From NCBI GenBank assembly GCA_003009755.1, contig PXUB01000032.1:1-64000 (forward strand): a DNA stretch of 64,000 nucleotides, given 5' to 3'. Under the pieces are notes generated by a model. That model searched no databases. It was not told where the DNA came from and saw only the letters and a list, made by a program, of their open reading frames with translations. Position numbers and translations under genes: made by a program. Shown in pieces: positions 28,735-37,570 of this stretch; position 1 is the stretch's first letter; each line of letters begins with the position of its first letter. Source of the DNA: Thermoplasmatales archaeon SW_10_69_26 (GTDB taxonomy: Archaea; Thermoplasmatota; SW-10-69-26).

Positions 28735-30120
28735 GTGGACGGCGAGCCCGAGACCCCCGACGACCGCCCCGTCGTCACGGTGAGCGAGCTCAACACGAAG
28801 GTCTCGCAGATCCTCGAGGGGCAGCCCGAGCTGGGCAACATCTGGCTGCGCGGCGAGGTGTCGAACTGGACCGGCCCGCACGGCGCCAGCGGCCACGCCT
28901 ACTTCCGCGTCAAGGACGACGACGCCGAGATCGACTGCGTGATGTGGCGCCGCAACGTGCAAGGCCTCTCGATCGAGCCCCAGGAGGGCATGGAGGTGCT
29001 GGCCCGCGGCTCGGTCGGCCTGTACGAGAAGCGCGGCAGCTACCAGTTCTACATCGAGGAGATGGCCGAGGCCGGGCGCGGGGACCTGTACCTGCGTTAC
29101 CAGCGGCTCAAGGACCGCCTCGAGGAGGAGGGCCTCTTCGATCCCGAGCGCAAGCAGCCGCTGGGGGCCTTCCCACGCACGATCGGCGTCGTCACGAGCC
29201 GCGAGGCCGCCGGCCTGCAGGACGTGCTCAACGTCATGCGGCGCCGCAGCCCGCACGTCGACGTGCTCGTCTCCGACGCCCGCGTGCAAGGCGAGGGCGC
29301 CTCGTCCACGATCGTGGAGGCGATCCAGCGCCTCGACGACCACGCCCGCCGCGGCCACGACGTCGACCTGATCGTCGTCACGCGCGGCGGCGGCTCTCTG
29401 GAGGACCTGTGGGCGTTCAACGAGGAGGAGACCGTGCGCGCCGTGGCCAACAGCCGGCTGCCGATCGTCTCCGGCGTCGGCCACGAGACCGACACGACCC
29501 TCACCGACCTGGCCGCCGACGAGCGCGCGCCCACGCCGAGCGCGGCCGCCGAGGTCGCCGCGCCCAGCCGCGAGGAGAGCCTCGAACGCGTCGACGAGCT
29601 CCGTCGGCGGCTGGCTCGCCGTGTCCAGCACGTCGTCGATCTGAAACGCTCGCGCGTCGACGGCCTCGCCGACCGGCCCGTGCTCTCCCGCCCGGGCGCG
29701 CTGTTCGCCGAGGCCAACCAGCTCACCGACGAGCTCGCCAGCCGGCTGCCACGCGCCGTGCAGATCCGGCTCGACGAGGCCCGCGCCCGGATCGACGCCC
29801 TGGCCAGCCGCAGCGTGCTCTGCAGCACGCAGGGCGTCCTCGGCGACCGGGCCCGCCGGCTGGAGAACCTCTCCGCTCGGGTGCCCCGCGCCGGTGAGCG
29901 CACGCTCGAGCAGTCGAAGAACCGCGTGGGTCAGCTCGCCGGCCGGCTCGACGCCTTGTCCCCGCTCGAGGTCCTCGAGCGCGGCTACGCGTCCGCCAGC
30001 ACCGACGGCGAGCCCGTGCGCTCGATCGCGGACGTCGACCGGGGCGACGAGCTCGACGTCCGCGTCACCGACGGCACGATCGTCAGCGAAGTCACCGACC
30101 ACGAGGAGGCCAAGCGATGA
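28735..30120 (+). CDS. xseA: Exodeoxyribonuclease VII large subunit
   Basis: WLRGEVSN, SGHAYF, RGGGSLEDLWAFN, GVGHETD, PTPSAAAE motifs. Confidence 0.95.
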   Translation: MDGEPETPDDRPVVTVSELNTKVSQILEGQPELGNIWLRGEVSNWTGPHGASGHAYFRVKDDDAEIDCVMWRRNVQGLSIEPQEGMEVLARGSVGLYEKRGSYQFYIEEMAEAGRGDLYLRYQRLKDRLEEEGLFDPERKQPLGAFPRTIGVVTSREAAGLQDVLNVMRRRSPHVDVLVSDARVQGEGASSTIVEAIQRLDDHARRGHDVDLIVVTRGGGSLEDLWAFNEEETVRAVANSRLPIVSGVGHETDTTLTDLAADERAPTPSAAAEVAAPSREESLERVDELRRRLARRVQHVVDLKRSRVDGLADRPVLSRPGALFAEANQLTDELASRLPRAVQIRLDEARARIDALASRSVLCSTQGVLGDRARRLENLSARVPRAGERTLEQSKNRVGQLAGRLDALSPLEVLERGYASASTDGEPVRSIADVDRGDELDVRVTDGTIVSEVTDHEEAKR

Positions 30121-30431
30121 GCGAGGAACCCGAACAGCAGCCGCTCACCGGCGACGACGCCGGCGGAGCCGACGAGGAGCCCACCGAGCCCGAGGCGCCC
30201 GAGCGGGCGCCCGACGCCGCCGAGATGCCCTTCGAGGAGGCCGTCGAGGAGCTGGAGACGATCGTCGAGGAGCTCGAGGACGGCGAGCTGTCCCTCGAGG
30301 ACGCCATGGACCGCTTCGAGCGCGGCCTGGGCCTCGTCGAGGCCTGCCGGGGCAAGCTCGAACGCGCCGAGCTCAAGGTCGAGGAGCTGCTCGACGACGG
30401 CACCACCGAGGACCGGGACGGCGGCGGGTGA
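30117..30431 (+). CDS. xseB: Exodeoxyribonuclease VII small subunit
   Basis: FEEAVEELETIVEELEDGELSLEDAMDRFERG...C...LERAE; overlaps xseA. Confidence 0.93.
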   Translation: MSEEPEQQPLTGDDAGGADEEPTEPEAPERAPDAAEMPFEEAVEELETIVEELEDGELSLEDAMDRFERGLGLVEACRGKLERAELKVEELLDDGTTEDRDGGG

Positions 30432-30524
30432 GGACCTCGGGTTCGCTGGTGAGGGGGACGAGCACCGCCGCTCCGACACCTTGATACAGGGCTCGCGGCC
30501 TGAGGGACCCCACGTGGCCTCCCC

Positions 30525-31421
30525 GTGACCCCTGCGGAGCCCGACCCCGAAGCCGACGAGGACCTCGACGATGCGGATGCGTCGCCAGCGGGCGAACCCG
30601 GCGAGGGTGAGGCGTCCCCGCAGGCCCCGGACGTCGAGGGCGACGACGAGCCCGAGGAGGACCGCGAGCCCGAGGTCCTCATCCTCGGCACCGCCCACGT
30701 CGTCCCCCTCCACCGGGCGATCCAGCACCACGTCTTCGAGTTCGAGCCGGACGCGGTCGCGCTCGAGCTCGACAGCGAACGCCTGCGCGGCCTGCTGAGG
30801 GATCCCGAGGACCGACCCGATCCCGGGTTCGGCTACGGGTTCATCCAGCGCTTCCAGGAGCGCGTGGCCGACGACCTCGGCGGCGAGGTCGGCGAGGAGA
30901 TGCTGGCCGCCCGCGAGGCCGGCATGCTGTTGCAGGTGCCGGTCGCGCTCGTGGACAAGCCCGCCCGCGACACCGTCAGCCGCCTGCTGGACGAGATGGG
31001 CTGGGGGGAGCGGTTGAAGATCGCTTGGTCGCTGTTCCGCAGCTGGCTGCCCGGCTCGGGCATCGAGGACGAGCTCCAACGCGCCCTGGAGGGCGATCCC
31101 GAGCTCGTCGAGGAGGTCGCCAAGGACTTCCCCACGGTGAAACGCGTGCTGATCGACGAGCGGGACGAGCACATGGCTCGCCGCGTGCTCGAGCTCGTCG
31201 ACAGCTATCCTCGGGTCGTGCTGGTCGTCGGCGACGCCCACGTGCCCGGCATCGTGAAACGCCTGGAGCGAGGCGTCGACCGGATCGAGACGGTGCGCGT
31301 CAAGGAACTGCGCGAGCACACCGACACCGGCGCCGGGTTCAGCGTCGAAGCCAACACGACGATGGGTCCGCCGCCGAGCAACACGGGCCTGATGGGCCCG
31401 GGCTCCGCTCGCGAGGACTGA
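30525..31421 (+). CDS. TraB/GumN domain protein
   Basis: LGTAHV, VALELD, GEEM, LIDERDEHMA, VVGDAHVPG motifs. Confidence 0.88.
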   Translation: MTPAEPDPEADEDLDDADASPAGEPGEGEASPQAPDVEGDDEPEEDREPEVLILGTAHVVPLHRAIQHHVFEFEPDAVALELDSERLRGLLRDPEDRPDPGFGYGFIQRFQERVADDLGGEVGEEMLAAREAGMLLQVPVALVDKPARDTVSRLLDEMGWGERLKIAWSLFRSWLPGSGIEDELQRALEGDPELVEEVAKDFPTVKRVLIDERDEHMARRVLELVDSYPRVVLVVGDAHVPGIVKRLERGVDRIETVRVKELREHTDTGAGFSVEANTTMGPPPSNTGLMGPGSARED

Positions 31422-31441
31422 GTCGGGTCCCCGGTTCGGGG

Positions 31442-31645
31442 CTAGTCGTCGGCGATCGTCTCGAGGTTGGCCTCCATCTCCTCGAGAAGCTCCTTCGACC
31501 GGCGGATGTGCTTGAGCGCCTGGTCGGGGTCCTCGGCCTCCGTGACCCAGCGAAGCAGCGTCTTGAGATCCTCCATCGACTTCTTCAGCGCCAGGTCGAT
31601 GGCATCCTCCTCGAGCCCTTGGCCGCCGCGGTCGGAGACCTTCAT
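31442..31645 (-). CDS. Small helical hypothetical protein
   Basis: 67 aa, acidic and amphipathic; ATGA overlap with the upstream gene, preceded by GGAGTG. Confidence 0.6.
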   Translation of the reverse strand: MKVSDRGGQGLEEDAIDLALKKSMEDLKTLLRWVTEAEDPDQALKHIRRSKELLEEMEANLETIADD

Positions 31646-32418
31646 GATGAACCACTCCGTTGCTCGCGCGCGTCCGCCATGTCGTCGCTGTCGAACGTGT
31701 AAGGGATGGTGTCTCGGCTGAACAGGTCCGAGATCGCCTTGCCGGACTCGACCTTCCAGAACATGACCGAGTCCTCGTTCGACGAGTGCGCCTCGTGGTC
31801 GGGGTCCTCGTGGGGGTTCACCATCGGGAGCGGCGAGTTCACGAGCCCGAAGAGGTGGCCGGCTTCGTGGATCGAGATCGAGCGCACGACCTCGTACCGC
31901 TCGGCGCGGTCGCACACGATCGCCCCGTTGCTGCACGTCAGTTCCTCGATGCGGTCCATGAACAGGGCGAAGGCTTCGGCCTGGTAGGCGAGGCCGCCGG
32001 TCGACTCCTGCTGGTACTTGCCCTGGAGGAACAGCGCGTGCATCGCGACCTGACGATCGTTCGTCTCCACGTCCCGGTGCTGGCTGTGCAGCTCCCGCAG
32101 CTCGCTGTTGCTCCAGGCGTACTCGGACCCCTTGGCGGGCAGGTCGGCGCTGGTGCGGACCTCGACGTTCTTGTTCGTGATCCGCTGCAGCTGCTGGCGG
32201 ACGTCCTCGTCGACGCTCGTGCTCGTGTCCCAGTTCGAACCGGGCGAGTGGTCGAGCTCGACGACGAGCTTGCGCTGGCCGGTCAGGTAGGTCTCGTAGT
32301 TGCTGCCGGGATCGCCGGCGGGTCCGCCGTTCTGGATGTCCTGGAACGCCTGGGTGCAGCCGCTCAACCCGGCGACGAGGACGAGGATCACGATGGCCTT
32401 CGGCAGGAGGCCCTTCAC
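31642..32418 (-). CDS. Lipoprotein zinc metalloprotease (HExxH)
   Basis: Lipobox GLSGC; HEAGHLFGL, downstream His and SVM Met-turn. Confidence 0.8.
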   Translation of the reverse strand: MKGLLPKAIVILVLVAGLSGCTQAFQDIQNGGPAGDPGSNYETYLTGQRKLVVELDHSPGSNWDTSTSVDEDVRQQLQRITNKNVEVRTSADLPAKGSEYAWSNSELRELHSQHRDVETNDRQVAMHALFLQGKYQQESTGGLAYQAEAFALFMDRIEELTCSNGAIVCDRAERYEVVRSISIHEAGHLFGLVNSPLPMVNPHEDPDHEAHSSNEDSVMFWKVESGKAISDLFSRDTIPYTFDSDDMADAREQRSGSS

Positions 32419-32504
32419 AACCGCTATCAGGCCCGAGCGCCCGAAAAAGCTTGCCGTTTTCGCCCCACGGTCTCCGGGCGCGGAATGCCGAGACCGGCGC
32501 GAGG

Positions 32505-33647
32505 TCAAAAGCGCCAGTAGCCCTCCCGTTCCCACGGGGGGTCGTCCAGTCGGTCGGCGGCGACGTCGCTGGGCCAGTGATCGAGCCGAGCCTGGCGGGC
32601 CTCCTCGTCGACGAGCGAGGCCACCCGCACGCCCAGCAACCGCACCGGTCGGTCGACGTCGGCCTCGTCGAACAGCTCGAGCACGACGCGCTCGATCACG
32701 TCGCCGTCGTCGGTGGCCGCCGGCAGCGTGCGTTGGCGCGTGAACGTCTCGAAGGAGTGCAGGCGGACCTTGAGCGCGATCGTGCGCCCCTGGTTGTCGG
32801 TGTCGGCCAGCCGGCGCGCGGTCTCGGCCGCGATGGCCCCCAACGCGTCCCGCGCCTTCCCCGGCGTGACGTCCTCGGCGAACGTCCGCTCGGCGCCGAC
32901 GCTTTTCCGCTCGCGCTCGGCCGTGACTGGCCGCTCGTCGTGGCCGCGCGCCAGCTCGACCATGCGCGGCCCCCAGGCCCCGAACCGGTCCTCCATCGCT
33001 TGGGGATCCTGCTCGGCGAGGTCGGCGACCGTCTGGATGCCCATCGGGTCCAGCGCTTCCCGGGTCTTGGGTCCGACGCCGGGGATCTCGTCGGCGTCCC
33101 GCGGCGCCAGGAAGGCTTCCACCTCCGAGGGCTGGACCACGGTGAGGCCGTCGGGCTTGTCCTCGTCGGCCGCGATCTTGGCCGCGAGCTTGTTGGGCCC
33201 GACCCCGATCGAGCAGGTGAGATCGCGCTCGTCCCGGATGCGGCGCCGCAGGGCCTCGGCCAAGCGCTGGGCGGCCGGCCAGTCCCCGTCGACGCGCTCG
33301 GTGACGTCGGCGTAGGCTTCGTCGATCGACACCGGCTCGAGCACGTCGACCGCGTCCCCGACGATGGCGAACACCTCGCGGCTCTCGGCCTCGTAGGCGT
33401 CGAACCGTGGCCGAAGGTAGACGCCGTGGGGGCAGTTGCGCCACGCCTGCGAGATCGGTTGCGCGCTGTGGACGCCGTAGCGGCGCGCCTCGTAGCTGGC
33501 CGCCGCCACGACGCCCCGCCCGCTGCCCTCCTCGGGGTCGGCGCCCACGATCACCGGCTTGCCTTCCAGGGACGGGTCCTCGCGCTGCTCGATCGAGGCG
33601 TAGAAGGCATCCATGTCCAGGTGGAGCACGATGCGGTCCCGGGTCAC
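32505..33647 (-). CDS. dinB: DNA polymerase IV (Y family)
   Basis: HLDMDAFYASIE, SYEAR, SIDEAY, AKIA...KPDG; clamp-like QARLDHW near the C-terminus. Confidence 0.95.
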   Translation of the reverse strand: MTRDRIVLHLDMDAFYASIEQREDPSLEGKPVIVGADPEEGSGRGVVAAASYEARRYGVHSAQPISQAWRNCPHGVYLRPRFDAYEAESREVFAIVGDAVDVLEPVSIDEAYADVTERVDGDWPAAQRLAEALRRRIRDERDLTCSIGVGPNKLAAKIAADEDKPDGLTVVQPSEVEAFLAPRDADEIPGVGPKTREALDPMGIQTVADLAEQDPQAMEDRFGAWGPRMVELARGHDERPVTAERERKSVGAERTFAEDVTPGKARDALGAIAAETARRLADTDNQGRTIALKVRLHSFETFTRQRTLPAATDDGDVIERVVLELFDEADVDRPVRLLGVRVASLVDEEARQARLDHWPSDVAADRLDDPPWEREGYWRF

Positions 33648-33686
33648 CGGCGGCCCTCCCGTCGGCCCGTCGCCGAGCGTGCCATT

Positions 33687-35027
33687 CTAGGCCTGCCCGG
33701 CGCGCTCCAGCGCGGCCTCGATGGCGTCCTCGATGCCCGCGGATCGCTCGACCGCGTAGGGGGCCGGATCCTCCAACGTGGCTACCTCGGCCGGCAGCGC
33801 CTCGAGCTGGTCGGCGAACCGCTGGCGGGCCACCTGCGTCGCCTTGGCCGGGTCCCGGTAGGTGAGCGGTTCCAAAAGCGGCTGGCCGTTGCCCTCCTCG
33901 TCGACGCGAGCGATCACGTCGCCGATCATGCGGCCGTCCTCGAAGCGTCGGTACACCTGCTTGGCGGCCGGCAGCGTGCGCTTGCCCTCGCTGGTCTTCA
34001 TGACGGGCTCGCCCTCGTAGGCGGCCAGCTTGTAGGAGAGGTTCAGCGAGGGCGCATCGTCGGAGACGACCATCGAGGTGCCGACGCCGAACCCGTCCAC
34101 CGGCGCCCCCTCGGCGAGGATGCGCGCGATCTCGTGCTCGTCGAGCCCGCCGGACACGAACACGTCCACGTCCGCCAGCCCGGCCTCGTCCAGCCGGGCG
34201 CGAGCGCGCTCGGCCTCGGCGACGAGATCCCCGGAGTCGATGCGGACGCCGCCGATCTCCACGCCCTCGTCGGCGAGGTCCTCGGCCAGCTCGATCACCA
34301 TCTCGGTCGCCTGCTGGATGTCGAAGGTATCGATCAACAGCGTCGTGCCGTCCGGGAACGACCGCGCGAAGGAGGCCAGGGCCTCCCGCTCGTCGCCGAA
34401 GGCCTGCACGTAAGCGTGCGCCATCGTCCCGAAGCAGGGGATCTGCATCTCGCGGGCGGCGGACACGAGCGAGGTGCCGGCGAACCCGGCCACGTAGGCG
34501 GCGCGAGCCGCCGCTCGGCCCGCATCGAGGCCGTGGGCGCGCCGCGCCCCGAAGTCGACCATCGCGGCGGAGGCCTCGGCCTGGTCGAGGGCCAGCTGGC
34601 AGCGAGCCGCCTTCGAGGCGATCACCGTCTGCAGGTGGATCGTGTTCAACACGAGCGTCTCGACGAGCTGGGCCATCACCAGCGGGGCCTCGATCTGGAC
34701 GATCGGCTCGTAGGGGAACACCGCCGTGCCCTCCGGCATCGCCCGCACCCGGCCCTCGAAGGAGAACCCGTCGAGGTAACCGATCAGATCCCCCGACAGG
34801 CCCTGCTCCTCGAGGAAGGCCAGGTCCTCGTCGGTGAACGTGAACCGGTCGAGCCGCCGAGCCAGCGCCTGGGTCCCGCACACCGTCAGGAACCCGCGAT
34901 CGGTGGGGAGACCGCGGACGTGCAGGTCGAACACGGCCTCGCCCGTCTGCCCGTGGTCGAGGTAGGACTGAGCCATCGTGAACTCGTACAGGTCGGTGAA
35001 CGTGCCCAGCGGCTCAGCAGGAGGCAT
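33687..35027 (-). CDS. pncB: Nicotinate phosphoribosyltransferase
   Basis: TDLYEFTM, DFGARR, GTMAHAY, LIDTFD, GVRIDSGD, FGVGT, YKL motifs. Confidence 0.93.
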   Translation of the reverse strand: MPPAEPLGTFTDLYEFTMAQSYLDHGQTGEAVFDLHVRGLPTDRGFLTVCGTQALARRLDRFTFTDEDLAFLEEQGLSGDLIGYLDGFSFEGRVRAMPEGTAVFPYEPIVQIEAPLVMAQLVETLVLNTIHLQTVIASKAARCQLALDQAEASAAMVDFGARRAHGLDAGRAAARAAYVAGFAGTSLVSAAREMQIPCFGTMAHAYVQAFGDEREALASFARSFPDGTTLLIDTFDIQQATEMVIELAEDLADEGVEIGGVRIDSGDLVAEAERARARLDEAGLADVDVFVSGGLDEHEIARILAEGAPVDGFGVGTSMVVSDDAPSLNLSYKLAAYEGEPVMKTSEGKRTLPAAKQVYRRFEDGRMIGDVIARVDEEGNGQPLLEPLTYRDPAKATQVARQRFADQLEALPAEVATLEDPAPYAVERSAGIEDAIEAALERAGQA

Positions 35028-35077
35028 CGTGGCCCGGATGCGGTCTCCCTGCCTTGATTTTCGCTGTCCCCCGCCGG

Positions 35078-35093
35078 GTCCCGCCCGTGGGAC
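35078..35093. promoter_or_regulatory. Candidate operator palindrome GTCCCG-N4-TGGGAC between pncB and the aldolase gene
   Basis: Same motif occurs upstream of gap and otsB. Confidence 0.55.
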
Positions 35094-35226
35094 TCGGTGA
35101 AAACCACAACCCCGGACCGCGCCTCGTCCGTGGGCCCCGACGTGATCGCATGCCCGGCCCCCGCTCGCCCACGGCCCCCCGCGAACCACGCCTCTCGACC
35201 GACCCGCCTACCGCGCTCGGTGCACC

Positions 35227-36621
35227 ATGAGCCCGCCCGACCCCTGGTCGAGGTTCCCGGAGGGGGCGCTCGACGCCGTCGAGGTCACCGACGGCCAGGC
35301 CCGCGTCCTCGACGACAAGCGCGTCCGCGAGGACCTGGTCGGTCCGCTGGTCACCGTCGCCACCTTCGCCGCCGGGGAACGCAAGGCCACCGCCCAGGCC
35401 CTGATCCGGTCGTTGGCGCACGAGGTCGGCATCGAGGAGGCCTCGATCCACGAGCTGTACCGCGCCCGGGGACGAGGCGAGGTCGAGGGGTTCACCGTGC
35501 CGGCGATGAACCTCCGCACGATGACCTACGACATGGCCCGAGCTGCCTTCCGCGCCGCCGAGCGCGAGGACGTGGGCGCGCTCGTCTTCGAGATCGCCCG
35601 CAGCGAGATCGGGTACACCGGTCAATCGCCGGCCGAGTACGCCAGCGCCGTCCTCGGCGCCGCGATCCGCGAGGGCCACCGCGGCCCCGTGTTCCTGCAG
35701 GGCGACCACTTCCAGTTCGATCCCGAGGCCGTGGCGGAGGACGCCGACGCCGAGCAGGCTCGCATCGACGACCTCGCCGAGGAGGCGATCGAGGCCGGGT
35801 TCTACAACATCGACGTCGACGCCTCCACGCTCGTCGACCTCGACGAGGCGGACGTGGCCGACCAGCAACGCCCCAACGTCGACCGCACGCTGACCACGCT
35901 GGCCCGGATCCGGTCGCTGGAGCCGGTGACGGTGAGCGTCGGCGGCGAGGTCGGCGAGGTCGGCCTCGAGACGACGACCGAGCCCGAGCTGCGGGTCTTC
36001 CTCGAACAGCTGGACGACGGCTGCCAGCAGCGGGGCCTGGAGGGCATCAGCAAGGCCAGCGTGCAGACGGGCACCCAGCACGGCGGCGTCGTGCTCCCCG
36101 ACGGATCGTTGGCCGAGGCCGACGTCGACGTCGAGGCCGTGCGGCGCCTGTCGCGCCTGGCCCGCGAGCACGGTTTGGCCGGGTGCGTCCAGCACGGCGC
36201 CTCCACGCTGCGGGACGAGCTGTTCGCACGGTTCCCGGAGGCCGGCGCCGCCGAGATCCACCTGGCGACCGCCTTCCTCAACCTCGTCCTCGACCACGAG
36301 GCCTTCCCCGGCGAGCTGACTCGCCGCATCGAGGAGCACCTGGACGAGCATCTCGCCCACCGGCGCACGCCGGAGGCCACCGACGAGCAGTTCGTCTACC
36401 GCCACCGCAAGCGCGCGATGGGAGCCCTCAAGGAGCCGATGTGGCGCGTGGCCGAGGACCGCAAGCAGGCGATCTTCGCCGACCTCGAGGAGCGGTTCTC
36501 GTTCCTCTTCGACGAGCTGGGCGTCACGGGCACCACCGACACGGTCGACACCTACGTCACGCCGGACCCGGTCGAGCCCACCGTCCCCGAAGCGTGGCGA
36601 GCCGACCTCGCGGGCCGGTGA
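35227..36621 (+). CDS. fba: Class II fructose-bisphosphate aldolase family protein
   Basis: FTVPAMNLR, QGDHFQ, IDVDAS, GGEVGEVG, GTQHGG, VQHGAS, EIHLAT motifs. Confidence 0.85.
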   Translation: MSPPDPWSRFPEGALDAVEVTDGQARVLDDKRVREDLVGPLVTVATFAAGERKATAQALIRSLAHEVGIEEASIHELYRARGRGEVEGFTVPAMNLRTMTYDMARAAFRAAEREDVGALVFEIARSEIGYTGQSPAEYASAVLGAAIREGHRGPVFLQGDHFQFDPEAVAEDADAEQARIDDLAEEAIEAGFYNIDVDASTLVDLDEADVADQQRPNVDRTLTTLARIRSLEPVTVSVGGEVGEVGLETTTEPELRVFLEQLDDGCQQRGLEGISKASVQTGTQHGGVVLPDGSLAEADVDVEAVRRLSRLAREHGLAGCVQHGASTLRDELFARFPEAGAAEIHLATAFLNLVLDHEAFPGELTRRIEEHLDEHLAHRRTPEATDEQFVYRHRKRAMGALKEPMWRVAEDRKQAIFADLEERFSFLFDELGVTGTTDTVDTYVTPDPVEPTVPEAWRADLAGR

Positions 36622-36625
36622 TCGC

Positions 36626-37570
36626 GTGCCCGACCGAGAAGAGATCGTCACCCTGACGCTCAACCCGGCCCTCGACCAGGTCTGCTGGGTCGACGAGATC
36701 GAGGAGGAGGTCAAGATCCGCGCCCACGGGTCCTCCTTCGAGCCCGGCGGCGGCGGGATCAACGTCGCTCGCGCGCTGCACCAGCTCGACGTCGAAACCA
36801 CCGCCTACTGGTCCCAGGGCGCCGAGACCGGCCACATGATGGGTCGCCTGCTGGACCAGGAGGGCGTCGACCACCACCCCGTGGACATCGAAGCCACGAC
36901 CCGCGTGAACCTCGCCGTGTTCGCCGACCACAACGGCGACCGCGAGCTGATGTTCAACATGCCCGGCGCCCCCCTCACCGCGGACGAGGTGGACCGTTGG
37001 CTGCACGTCGTCGACGGCATCGACGCCCGGTTCGCCGTCCTCAGCGGCAGCCGCCCGCCCGACAGCGGCCACATCTACGGTCAGATCACGCGCCAGCTCA
37101 CCCGGCGATCGAAGGTCATCCTGGACACCAGTGGCCCGGGCCTCGAGCAAGCCCTCGAGGAGGGGGTGTTCCTCGCCAAGCCCAACCGCGAGGAGCTGAT
37201 CGCCCTCGCCGGCCGGGACGCGGCGACCCCCAGCGGTCTCGAGGCAGCCGCTCGGGACCTGATCGAGACCGGCATGGCCGAGATCGTGGTCGTCTCCCTG
37301 GCCGGCGAGGGGGCCCTGGCGGTGACCGATGGCGGCAGCGTGCGCGTGGATGCCCCGGTCGTCGAAGCCAAGAGCAACGTCGGCGCCGGCGACAGCATGG
37401 TGGCCGGCCTGACGCGCAAGCTCTCGGGCGGGTTCCAAGTCGAGGAGGCGGTCCGCTACGGGGTGGCGGCCGGCGCCGACGCCGCCCGCCGCCCCGGGAC
37501 CGAGCTGTGCACGCGTGACGGCGTGCGAGAGCTACTCGCCGGCACCACGCTGCACCGGTCCCTCCCGTGA
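36626..37570 (+). CDS. pfkB: 1-phosphofructokinase/PfkB family hexose kinase
   Basis: TLTLNPALD, PGGGGINVAR, KPNREEL, VGAGDSMVAG motifs. Confidence 0.9.
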   Translation: MPDREEIVTLTLNPALDQVCWVDEIEEEVKIRAHGSSFEPGGGGINVARALHQLDVETTAYWSQGAETGHMMGRLLDQEGVDHHPVDIEATTRVNLAVFADHNGDRELMFNMPGAPLTADEVDRWLHVVDGIDARFAVLSGSRPPDSGHIYGQITRQLTRRSKVILDTSGPGLEQALEEGVFLAKPNREELIALAGRDAATPSGLEAAARDLIETGMAEIVVVSLAGEGALAVTDGGSVRVDAPVVEAKSNVGAGDSMVAGLTRKLSGGFQVEEAVRYGVAAGADAARRPGTELCTRDGVRELLAGTTLHRSLP